Source of the DNA: a virus | Taxonomy: Duplodnaviria; Caudoviricetes | Reading direction: 5' to 3' (one strand) | Virus record (IMG/VR): IMGVR_UViG_3300021399_000008 | Coordinates: 1 to 64,000 of that record | DNA length: 64,000 nt | Shown: piece after piece, positions 1 through 8,957 of the stretch | Layout: each line of letters starts with the position of its first letter | Position numbering within the stretch: position 1 is the stretch's first letter | Notes under the pieces: model-generated | What the model was told of the DNA's origin: nothing | What the model saw: the letters and a program-made list of their open reading frames with translations, nothing else | Databases searched by the model: none | Made by a program: the position numbers and the translations under genes

Positions 1-27
1 GATTTTGATCACGGGTCTGCGAAAGAC

Positions 28-1107
28 GTGTCTGTAGAACTTGTTGCCGAAAGCATTGAGGCAGCAATCTACAATGGACAGGCTTACTACCTGGTGGGCC
101 GCTACAGCAATCTGGCCACGAAGATCCTGGGCAGAATCTGCAGGGCTACGACTGCTAAAGAACTGCGCGAGTTACTGATTGATGCAGCGTACGCACACGT
201 TGCCACTATTCTCTGCATAGACGCAGTGAAAACTGGCAATATCCCTTCTGGTCTCATCATGATTCTGGAAGGCGACGGAGTACATGATGGCCTCACGGCT
301 AAGTACGCCGAAATGCCTTGGAATCAGAGATTTACAAAGGGCATTGACATGGTTTGGACGGATCCTCGTTGGAACAACGACAAGCGGTTTAAGACCGAAC
401 GTGAGTCCCAGTGTGTGTGTGACAGACTTGCACGCATATTTGTAAACGGAATGGGCACACGCAACAACGAGACCCGTATTAAGCTTGGACTTAACTTCGT
501 TAAAGAGGCGTCTGACTTTGTGTGGGATCCTTCCGACGTGGGAGAGTTCGATCCTAAGATGCTCCTCTTCCGGCCTGAGTCCAAGTACACCTGCCATGGT
601 GGTATCGTCGAGAACGAATTTCTGAAGCGTCTCAACGAGAACACGTATAGCAATGACTCTATCGTTGTGCAGATCAGGAACGGTAAGCGGGTGAAGCCCC
701 ACGAACTGTTCATGTTCCTGTTCCAGAATGCGGCTGGACTGGAGCGTGGTCTCGCGAATAATCCTAACGGCGATGATATTCGTGAAGAATACTATCGCGC
801 CGTGAAGGAGATTATGATCAGCCTCGATTCTTATAATGACCGCTTCGTCGTTGCTGACCACTTTATCCGTGATGCTCTGGAGATCGGAATTAAGTCGAAC
901 AAGGCTGGTTCCACAAAGACCGCGACAGCTCTCGATATCCGTAAGGAGAAGGGCCGTTACTTCGATTTCGTCCTGCACGTATTCGCTGATGAGATCCGCG
1001 AGAACCTGATTCGTAACGGATTCAAGGCGAAGTACGAGGCAGAACATCCCGAAGAAGTTGAGCAGGGACAGGAGCTCGATCCTGACGATCGCCCCTTCTG
1101 CGAGTAA
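28..1107 (+). CDS. hypothetical protein (probably starts upstream of the window)
   Basis: 359 aa ORF with phage-like codon usage, TAA stop followed by a hairpin. Confidence 0.7.
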   Translation: MSVELVAESIEAAIYNGQAYYLVGRYSNLATKILGRICRATTAKELRELLIDAAYAHVATILCIDAVKTGNIPSGLIMILEGDGVHDGLTAKYAEMPWNQRFTKGIDMVWTDPRWNNDKRFKTERESQCVCDRLARIFVNGMGTRNNETRIKLGLNFVKEASDFVWDPSDVGEFDPKMLLFRPESKYTCHGGIVENEFLKRLNENTYSNDSIVVQIRNGKRVKPHELFMFLFQNAAGLERGLANNPNGDDIREEYYRAVKEIMISLDSYNDRFVVADHFIRDALEIGIKSNKAGSTKTATALDIRKEKGRYFDFVLHVFADEIRENLIRNGFKAKYEAEHPEEVEQGQELDPDDRPFCE

Positions 1108-1223
1108 TCCTATCTCTGAGGGAGAGACTGAAATACGTCTCTCCCTCCCTTACTATCAGAAGACCGACTCGATCTTCTGATAATAGGTGACGCCCTATAA
1201 AAAATATTTAGGAGGAACAAACC

Positions 1224-1676
1224 ATGACAATGCGCTTTATGAACTGGGAAGTTATTAAGAACGAGAACAACACACTTACTGTTAACTGGTACGACGACGA
1301 TAACGATCCGTGCTGGGGTTTCACAGAAGATTCGCCTATTGACTGCATTTGCTTTGTATGGGACAAGAGAGAAGACGGAGGATTCCACAAAGCTGTGTAT
1401 CTCGCAGCTGCTATGATTGCACTGCAGCTGTTGCCTACTAATTTCCAGATCGACGATACTAATGCTGTTATTGACGGCGTGTGGTACTACGGGACAGACT
1501 GCGGAATCACAGCGTGGAATTTAGTAAGTGATATTCGTCCAAGTGAATTTAATTTCTCCGAAGAAGGTAATAAGCTCGCTAAGATCATTTACAAAAACGG
1601 GAAAATAAAATTTGAGTATTTCGAAGAGGATCTTGACTCTTGGATAACTGGCTTCGATGGTGTCCCACTCTGGTAA
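1224..1676 (+). CDS. hypothetical protein
   Basis: AGGAGG RBS, 150 aa. Confidence 0.75.
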   Translation: MTMRFMNWEVIKNENNTLTVNWYDDDNDPCWGFTEDSPIDCICFVWDKREDGGFHKAVYLAAAMIALQLLPTNFQIDDTNAVIDGVWYYGTDCGITAWNLVSDIRPSEFNFSEEGNKLAKIIYKNGKIKFEYFEEDLDSWITGFDGVPLW

Positions 1677-1788
1677 TTGCACAGTCCTGAGCATGACTTT
1701 AAACTGCTCCCATACGACAGAGCCATCTAGTGATAGAAGGCTCTTTTGTGTGGAAACACATAAATAAAAAAACTAGGAGGAACCAGTT

Positions 1789-2265
1789 ATGATCAGTATG
1801 TTTATCCTTGCATTACTTAACAACAAACTCGCTCTTTTTAAGTTTAATGATCGCGATGAGGCCAACAGTAAGTTCGTTGAATTAAATAAGAACCGCGTTC
1901 CAATGTTCACTATAAAAGCCGATGTGATGAAAGCATGGAATTATGACAGGTCTGCGCTAATTAAATTCGGAATTGCTGTAATTGAAAGTAGTGAAGACAT
2001 CGACGCTGTTGAAGACGCGTATGGCAGAGCCGTAAATGATATTATTGTCGATTTGGCTCTAACAATAGATGATAGGCTTGGAGGACGTTTCATCACAACC
2101 TGCAGCGATAATGAATTCACGTATGATATTTTTGAACGGTTTATTGATGGCAATACTTATCGGGTTCTTTATAAGACTTCTAAGAAAAGCGATAAATGCG
2201 ATATGTGTTTTTGCACAAAGAATGGGGTTCTTCTAACTACTGTGCACAATGTTGTTTTCCCATAA
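1789..2265 (+). CDS. hypothetical protein
   Basis: AGGAGG RBS, 158 aa. Confidence 0.75.
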   Translation: MISMFILALLNNKLALFKFNDRDEANSKFVELNKNRVPMFTIKADVMKAWNYDRSALIKFGIAVIESSEDIDAVEDAYGRAVNDIIVDLALTIDDRLGGRFITTCSDNEFTYDIFERFIDGNTYRVLYKTSKKSDKCDMCFCTKNGVLLTTVHNVVFP

Positions 2266-2677
2266 AGCGAGAGGTTGTGTACAGGAGACTGGCTTAGGCT
2301 AGCCTCCTGAATACAGCCCCTGTTTAACGACAGGGTAGCTGCCGGGGTAACCTGTGGTTTTGGGTAGCTTGGATATCTGCTCGCTTCGCTCGCTCTCTTC
2401 GTTCTCTCACTCCGCTCGCGTTCCACTCACTGGCGCTCGCGGTAGATTACGAGAGTGTCGGGCACCTCCGGGTATCCAGGCACCTTCTCCCCGCAGCGGA
2501 TCGTCCGTCCCGGGTAGCCTCCGGCTTCCTGGCTCGGCCCGTGTATCGCCGCTCTGGTCACTCCCATTCGGGTAGCTTCCAGATGTGAGTGGTGCGCTCC
2601 ATATCATGGTAGCTTCCGGCTCAGGCTCCTGCTGTCGCAACGATTAGCAGTGCCTGGTCCGTGCTTCCTTGTTTGGG

Positions 2678-2945
2678 TTAGCGTCGCTCCACTGGCGTTA
2701 CGCTCCGCTTAGATTATGAAGAAGAAACAGCTTCTTCGGTCTTCGTGGTTCCTAGCTTCGCTTTAGCGTCGCTAACGCTCCGCTTAGATTATGAAGAAGT
2801 TTAGGCTTCTCCATATCTGAGTTGAGCCATGTGACGTTTAGCGTCGCTGACGCTCCGCTTAGATTATGAAGAAGATTCAGCTTTCTTCATAGTCTGAGTA
2901 GTGTAGTGACTTAGCGTCGCTGCGCTCCGCTCAGATTACGAAGAG
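2678..2945 (+). repeat. tandem array of 4 hairpin-forming units, period ~73-75 bp
   Basis: TTAGCGTCGCT(N)CGCTCCGCTTAGATTATGAAGAAG at 2678, 2763, 2838 and 2911; the variable 3' part folds back on the conserved part. Confidence 0.9.
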
Positions 2946-2949
2946 GGTT

Positions 2950-3505
2950 GAGTCCATCCTCCATCCGGGTGGTGGATGAGCCAATCTTCGAGCGATCCTG
3001 TTCCGCGTGTAACAGGTCAGTCCCGTATCGCTAACGGGATAAGTTACGCAAGGGTGGCAACCTTAACGCATCTCGGGCTTGCATGGAGATGCGGCTTCAG
3101 TAAATGAACTGCCCATATGACTGCCTCCGCGAAGATGCATATGGGACTTAACGCGCCACACCCGCGTTAAGCTAGAGAACGAGCCGAGGACAAGCTGAGG
3201 TATGTGACTCAGCGCTGGTGTAGTAACGTTCGGATCGTATGGCCCTGGTACACCTACGATGCTCGTATAGGCGGTACTCCGTAGGTCCGTATGCTCAATG
3301 CATAGCGGCAGAACCGTATACGTTAAGTACGGCGGCAGGTCCTTGCCGAAAGTAAGCATGGACACTAGGCAACTGAGAGGTGTTGCAAAACCTGCAGAGT
3401 GCGCACGAAGCAGGATGCTCAACCGTAGCTAAGCTGAGCACACAGACTGGACCAGCTACCCAGTCTGGGTAAAGCTACAGACCCGTAGTGCAAGTCGGGT
3501 CGGCT
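2950..3505 (+). ncRNA. candidate large structured ncRNA
   Basis: no credible + strand ORF; successive hairpins (TCCCGT/ACGGGA, CCCATATG/CATATGGG, GCTGAG/CTCAGC, CAGACTGG/CCAGTCTG, GACCCG/CGGGTC). Confidence 0.45.
3432..3501 (+). ncRNA. twister-like ribozyme candidate (P5-type permutation)
   Basis: P2 AGCU/AGCU, conserved GA and UAA, T1 GUGC/GCAC, T2 AC/GU, P1 and P4 stems; loop L4 is 2 nt longer than consensus. Confidence 0.4.
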
Positions 3506-3519
3506 TAAATCAAAGGAGG

Positions 3520-3918
3520 ATGCTTATGAAAGTGAATATCAATGATGCCCTTGTTATCGCCGAGCAGGATTCTCTGCCCGTGCCTGGTGATCGTGCAATC
3601 ACAGCCGAGTGGACCGGAGACTATCCGTGTCTCTGCTCTGGCGAGTGGATCATCAGCATTGGCGGCGAGCAGGTCGATCTTCCCGACGAAGTTCGTACCT
3701 CGCCTATGGGAACTAAGGGGACCTACAACACCTGGACCTTCGGTGAAGACTGGGAGGAAGTGTGGTCTCAGTATGAAGACGGGCTCGACTTCGAGCCTTG
3801 GCTTCAGGAGAACTCCTGGGTCTCTCGCCTGAACCTCTCTCCCGAAGAGGAACGGGATCTTTATGACGCTATCTCCGAAGAGGACTGGCGTCACAATTCC
3901 TGCGGAGGGTGCATCTGA
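3520..3918 (+). CDS. hypothetical protein with Cys motifs (CLC, CGGC)
   Basis: AAAGGAGG RBS, 132 aa. Confidence 0.8.
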   Translation: MLMKVNINDALVIAEQDSLPVPGDRAITAEWTGDYPCLCSGEWIISIGGEQVDLPDEVRTSPMGTKGTYNTWTFGEDWEEVWSQYEDGLDFEPWLQENSWVSRLNLSPEEERDLYDAISEEDWRHNSCGGCI

Positions 3919-3991
3919 TATCCCTATGAAAGGATTCCGATGCGCTCCGCTACGCTGCGCTTATCGTAGATTTTGAAGAAAGGTGAGTGAT

Positions 3992-4286
3992 TCCATTGCA
4001 CTACCAGAAGAGCCTCCTCAACAGCGGCTCTGAAGGCTGAAGGGAGTAACGCATGATGATCAGACCGGATCGGGATGGTAAACCGTGAAGGGTCCTGTTG
4101 GATTGTGCCCGTGAGGACGACCCGTGACTTCCAGCTTCAAGGTGTAACGGGCAACGTGAAAACTATAAGCTGGCGGCTAGCCCGGATAGGCTTAATGGAG
4201 CCGTGAATCCTCCATCTCTTATTACCATAAAACCGTGCAGGCTATACCCGCCGTGACCTGCAGGGTGAAGGAAGGTGGGCAATGGA
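3992..4286 (+). ncRNA. candidate structured ncRNA
   Basis: long-range stem TCCATTGC-A-CTACC (3992-4005) with GGTGG-GCAATGGA (4274-4286) encloses a non-coding stretch with recurrent CGTGA motifs. Confidence 0.4.
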
Positions 4287-4388
4287 TTCCTGTGAACGTT
4301 CATACACTGGGCCTGCCTGATTACTCAGACCCAGTAATGAGCGCTTACGCTCTACGTTTCTACAACTAAATACAGAGGAGGAACACAC

Positions 4389-4577
4389 ATGACAGTACCT
4401 TACATGCCACAGGTGCATCAGCCCAGGATCTCTGGGTATGGTTGGTTCGCGAGGATCAGCCGTAGACTTATGAGCTTCGCGACAGACAAGGAAGCCCTTG
4501 AAGCTCTCGAAAATACTGAGAGTTTATACACAAAATATGGGCTCACACCAGAAGACGACTATTTGCTCGAGCGGTGA
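4389..4577 (+). CDS. small hypothetical protein
   Basis: GAGGAGG RBS. Confidence 0.7.
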   Translation: MTVPYMPQVHQPRISGYGWFARISRRLMSFATDKEALEALENTESLYTKYGLTPEDDYLLER

Positions 4578-4646
4578 GCCGTAGACTGAAATCGTGTAAA
4601 AAACTCCAGTAAATTATCTACTCAGCCACATAAAGGAGGAATAGCC

Positions 4647-4994
4647 GTGGCAATTAAGATGTCCAGCAGACAGGTGATTGATACGTTCCCGTTCACAATT
4701 CAAATCGGATATTGCGACCTATACTATCCACTCGTGTACCAGCGAAAGGTTGGTTACACCTGTGGGGTATATGGTTGGAACAGCGACATCTATTTCTGTG
4801 GTGATGTTGCTATCTCGACTGGTTACAGACCATTTGGCAAGAAAGTCAGCCGCGGACTGATCAGCCGGTATAATGAAGCTGCTCGTGAAATCTACGATGA
4901 CCGTAATATCGAGTTTACCAAGAAGGTCGAAAGACTGAACGCAGTCCTGAAAGACTTCCTGTGTGAAGCTAAGAAGGAACTGTTAGGCGAGTAA
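4647..4994 (+). CDS. phage hypothetical protein (GYC...YTCGVYGWN motif)
   Basis: AAAGGAGG RBS, GTG start. Confidence 0.8.
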   Translation: MAIKMSSRQVIDTFPFTIQIGYCDLYYPLVYQRKVGYTCGVYGWNSDIYFCGDVAISTGYRPFGKKVSRGLISRYNEAAREIYDDRNIEFTKKVERLNAVLKDFLCEAKKELLGE

Positions 4995-5006
4995 AGGAGG
5001 CTCGTT

Positions 5007-5297
5007 ATGACTACCATGGACAGTATTGAGCATGCAAAGATCGGTGACCACTATGTGATCATCGACTGGTGTATGTACACAGCTCCCGGTTACTGGGGCG
5101 TTGATGAATCAAACGATCCCTGGTTCGGAAAGGCGTTCGCGGACAGGGAGCAGGCCGAGATGGTGATAGCCGACATGCAGGACAAAGGCTATCTCCCCGG
5201 ACTGATCGCTCCTTCGTCTCAGGAACTCTGGGACAATATTCAGGCAATACTCGCTGCGAACGAAGATGCAGTGATTGAATACGAGAGACTTGGATAA
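5007..5297 (+). CDS. hypothetical protein
   Basis: AAAGGAGG RBS. Confidence 0.8.
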   Translation: MTTMDSIEHAKIGDHYVIIDWCMYTAPGYWGVDESNDPWFGKAFADREQAEMVIADMQDKGYLPGLIAPSSQELWDNIQAILAANEDAVIEYERLG

Positions 5298-5313
5298 CTA
5301 AGTCTCTCTTTTT
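5283..5313 (+). terminator. intrinsic terminator
   Basis: GAGAGACTTG/TAAGTCTCTC stem plus T-run. Confidence 0.7.
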
Positions 5314-5318
5314 GAATT

Positions 5319-5362
5319 GGTAGCTTCCATATTTAGGTAGCTTCCATATTTAGGTAGCTTCC
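5319..5362. repeat. 17-bp iteron-like direct repeats GGTAGCTTCCATATTTA (x2.6)
   Basis: copies at 5319, 5336 and 5353; the core GGTAGCTTCC also occurs at 2571 and 2608. Confidence 0.85.
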
Positions 5363-5601
5363 AGAAAAAAAGTGGGGGGTCCATTGTATATCTATAAGAC
5401 ACCCCCCCAATTGGAACGCTACTCGAAGGGTAGCTTGGATATCTGCACTCGCTGCGCTCGTTTCAGATATCCGCTCGTTACACTCGCTCTCTCAACACCA
5501 GAGTGATTAGCGACTTCTCCATGTTTGGATTCGCGTCGCTAAGTCGCTCCGCGCAGATTATGAAGAGTCAGGATTGGCTCAACTATGAAAGGAGAATAAA
5601 C

Positions 5602-5805
5602 ATGAGTAACTGGAACAGGAATGATTCGTCTTGGGTAAACGGCAGTGGCTATTTCGACCGTACGATGGGTGCAGCCCTGGCCAAGATTGGCCGTGAGGAC
5701 TACGCCAAGAACCACCAGGCTCAGGAAGCGAAACCTGAACCGAAACGTGAACGGAAACCGATGCCTTCTGGTATCGTGTTCAAGCGTGCCTGGGTTCGCG
5801 CTTAA
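5602..5805 (+). CDS. small hypothetical protein
   Basis: GAAAGGAG RBS before ATG 5602; the track start at 5503 runs through a repeat. Confidence 0.7.
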   Translation: MSNWNRNDSSWVNGSGYFDRTMGAALAKIGREDYAKNHQAQEAKPEPKRERKPMPSGIVFKRAWVRA

Positions 5806-6043
5806 TTGAGAGGTTTTAAACTCGGGACTGACTATCGTCAGCCCTGAGATTAAAGCCCCTTGAGCAAGGGCTTTCGGCGAAGATCTCGTAAGAGATCGAG
5901 CCATGGAAATCCTCCTTAGATATAGAGGACTCCCTTAGGCAAGGAGTCCTCGCCTTTATTTAAGGTACGCGTCGCTATCGCTCTGCGAAGATTATGAAGA
6001 AGAATAGCTTCCTATATAAAACGAAAATGAAAGGAGGACTGCT

Positions 6044-6976
6044 GTGGCTATTCTTGATTTTCACAACGAGAACCATTTTCTCTCTAACTTCTATGAATGC
6101 ACAGTGAATTACAACGGGCTTACCTTCTCCAGTGCGGAGTCGGCTTTCCAGGCAATGAAATCTGAAAGCCCGTATATCCAGACAATGATGTCCGTATTCA
6201 GTCCTCTTGAGTCCAGGCGCTACGGAAGGAAGGTAAAGCTTCGCCGTGACTGGGAGGACGTGAAAGAACGCGTTATGTCCGAGATCGTGTATGCGAAGTT
6301 CATCCAGCATCCAGATCTCGCTGACAAACTACTCGCGACTGGTGACCAGGAACTCGTAGAGGGAAACCTCTTTGGTGACACATTCTGGGGCGTCGACAAG
6401 AGAAACGGTCGAGGCCAGAACAAACTAGGAAAAATCCTGATGAATGTCAGGAACGATATTAAACAATTACGTGAAAACGAAAGGAGAAACAAAATGGCTA
6501 CTATGAATCGGAAACTCGACAAGACCCCTACGAATATTATTCTGAAGGTTGAAGGATCTGCGAACACTCAGAACAAGAACGGAGCCTATATCTCCAAACT
6601 GGTACTCGGTGAGCACGAGAAGGAATTCATCGGCTCTGCTTCCGAGACCACGAACAACCGTATGGCCCTGGATGGGATTATCTCCGCTCTGGAAGCCCTG
6701 AATGACCGGGCTAAAGGTGCAACGATCGAGATTCACTCGAGCTGCACCTACATCTATGACTGCGCTACGAGAGGCACTATCGGTACCTACCTGAAGAACA
6801 ACTGGACTACTCCCTCTGGAGTAGAGGCCAAGAACCGTGATCTCTGGGAGAAGCTCCTCGAGGTCAAGAAGGCCAAGGGTGTGAAGGTTAAGTTCTCTCT
6901 GGATGAGAACAAAGACATGAAGAAGAAAGCCAGAGAAATGGTTCGTACTTTGAGCCCTGTAGTGGCTGAAATCTAA
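6044..6976 (+). CDS. NADAR (YbiA-like) domain fused to a degenerate RNase HI-like domain
   Basis: FLSNFY, SAESAFQAMK, KF.QH..L...LL.TG, DTFWG, GQNKLG..LM; C-terminal TTNNRM and NRDLWE; internal RBS and ATG at 6494. Confidence 0.9.
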   Translation: MAILDFHNENHFLSNFYECTVNYNGLTFSSAESAFQAMKSESPYIQTMMSVFSPLESRRYGRKVKLRRDWEDVKERVMSEIVYAKFIQHPDLADKLLATGDQELVEGNLFGDTFWGVDKRNGRGQNKLGKILMNVRNDIKQLRENERRNKMATMNRKLDKTPTNIILKVEGSANTQNKNGAYISKLVLGEHEKEFIGSASETTNNRMALDGIISALEALNDRAKGATIEIHSSCTYIYDCATRGTIGTYLKNNWTTPSGVEAKNRDLWEKLLEVKKAKGVKVKFSLDENKDMKKKAREMVRTLSPVVAEI

Positions 6977-7062
6977 TCTAACTTCTGCTATATAGCGGGG
7001 TGGCTCCGGCTGGCCACCCCGCTTATAAAAAAACTATTTAAAATTTTGAGGAGGAACAAATT

Positions 7063-7272
7063 ATGATCAGGAACAACATGAAGGTGGACATTAGGACCAA
7101 GATGCTCGAAGAAGGAATGAACACTGTTGACCTCGCAAAGGAAATGAAGGTCAGCACCTACTGCACCAGTAATCTCACCCGTGGACTGGGTGCTATAAAT
7201 AAGAACTTTGTCCGAATGATGGAAGTTCTGGGTTATGATATCCAGCTCTCCTTCGAGAAGATTCGTCCTTAA
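7063..7272 (+). CDS. XRE-like HTH DNA-binding protein
   Basis: DLAKEMKVS...SNL..G...F..M.EVLGYDI pattern. Confidence 0.7.
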   Translation: MIRNNMKVDIRTKMLEEGMNTVDLAKEMKVSTYCTSNLTRGLGAINKNFVRMMEVLGYDIQLSFEKIRP

Positions 7273-7342
7273 CTATATAGGCAGGTAGCTCTTGGCGGCT
7301 ACCTGCCTTATAAATTTTGGTATAATACCTGTGACTGGAGGA

Positions 7343-8035
7343 ATGACCTTGCCGACTTATAAGAGACCTAAGATGATTATCCATGTTGAACAAACAAGTT
7401 CTGATGTTGAGAATGCTGAAGACATCATTACTAAGATGGCTGTTAACATGAGTATGACTGATAATGAAACTGCTCTGTTGTTAGCGTACGCCCAGTTCAA
7501 AGATGGATTCAGACCTGCGATGGGATTGCTGCATGAGAAGACTGGAATTCCAAAACCAACTCTCAAAAGCGCAAGGAACAATCTCCAGAAGCGGAATATT
7601 ATCCAGATGGACCGTGATCATATTTACCTTCGTTGGGGTGATTATAAAGCTATTTGTATGGCTGATCCGTACATGATGAAAGAGGGGCTGAAAGGAAAAC
7701 CAGTACTTCGTCCATTTTTTACCTACCAGATGTTTAACGAACTCACAGACGATGATCTGGCAGAATTATTCTGTGATAGAGAAAGGTTGATTGAGACTCT
7801 TCAGAACGCTAAAGAATATGAAGCGGAAATTCTCTGCAAGAAAATGAGTAGTTTCAAAAAGCGTATCGAAAAGCAGAATGAGAAGGAGGTTTACTTTTTA
7901 GAACACCCGGATGAACACGCGAACAGACTCATTGAAGACGTTAATGACTTCTATGAAAGGAGCTGGACACCACCGACTGAATTACCCGAAGATCTTGTTT
8001 CGGGATGTGTAATAAGCGATGAATTACCTTTCTGA
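7343..8035 (+). CDS. winged-HTH protein, possible replication initiator
   Basis: LHEKTGIPKPTLKSARNNLQKRNII wHTH-like segment; C-terminal DELPF tail; lies upstream of the DnaA-box region. Confidence 0.55.
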   Translation: MTLPTYKRPKMIIHVEQTSSDVENAEDIITKMAVNMSMTDNETALLLAYAQFKDGFRPAMGLLHEKTGIPKPTLKSARNNLQKRNIIQMDRDHIYLRWGDYKAICMADPYMMKEGLKGKPVLRPFFTYQMFNELTDDDLAELFCDRERLIETLQNAKEYEAEILCKKMSSFKKRIEKQNEKEVYFLEHPDEHANRLIEDVNDFYERSWTPPTELPEDLVSGCVISDELPF

Positions 8036-8551
8036 GTGATGTATTATCTGGTAAGAAATCCAACCTTCAAAAATTTTTTTTTCATCCCATAACTCTAATT
8101 AAAAATCAAATTAGCCTACCGTTCGCTCGCTCCGCTCGCTCACGAAGCTGTCTGATGTGGTATAGGAGTACCGCTCACTCAGCCGTTCGCGGTAGATTGT
8201 GGAGAGCGGACGGTAGGCGGTTAAGCCCGAGCGGAGCGAGGGCTACATCAAGTACACATAATGAACGCCGCGAATGGAGCTACGCGGGACGAAGCGGTGA
8301 GAGCTCTCCGTAAGGAGGAACGAGCCGCTGAGGCTCCGCGAGCGGAAGCGAGCGGCCCTGAAGGAACTGACTTCGTCCTGCGGTATTCCTCGCGACCAGC
8401 GGGAGCGGAGGAACTCAGACTACTCGCGTCGCTCGTCGGGCTGTGCTCTCTTTGGCTGAAGGGAAAAAGTATAACTAGTTTACTTCATAAGCTACCGCGA
8501 GCAGAAGCGAGCGGGGAACAAAAGGACCTATCGCTTGAGCTCGAGGAAGAT

Positions 8552-8594
8552 TGTGGAAACAATTGTGGATAACTTGTGGAAAACCTGTGGATAA
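8552..8594. promoter_or_regulatory. cluster of 4 DnaA boxes (oriC-like)
   Basis: TGTGGAAAC 8552, TGTGGATAA 8564, TGTGGAAAA 8575, TGTGGATAA 8586 (reverse complement of TTATCCACA); AT-rich tract at ~8798-8880. Confidence 0.75.
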
Positions 8595-8957
8595 GTGGGA
8601 ATCAAGGAAAAAAAAGAGTGGTTTTTCGGAGAAAAAGTGGGAAACAGTTCTCCTTTGTCCCTCTCCCTCCTCCTGACATTTTGAATTCATATTCTTTCTC
8701 TACCTCGGGGAGGGGCTCTCCCTGGCCCCTCCCCGGGTGTATAGGTTGTAAAAAAGATAAACACAGGTCGGTGCTCCAGATCGAAGTTGAGTAGAAACTC
8801 ATATACGTATATATTATATATATAAAGCCGAAAGACTTCGTTCGTTTCTGTAGTGTTAATAGTAATTATTAATATAACCCTCTGAGCTTTTCTGTCGAAA
8901 CAGAAAGCTCTTTTAGTTTACATGTAAATAATACTCGAAAGGAGCTTAATAGCCGAA

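Noticed and set aside
2678-2945. CRISPR array
   Set aside because: Repeats are degenerate, 'spacers' are partly complementary to the repeat and resemble each other, solo copies are dispersed, and no cas genes are present.
8261-8802. ORFs in the origin-like region, and 2354..2640
   Set aside because: Low-complexity translations through hairpins and DnaA boxes, with no RBS.
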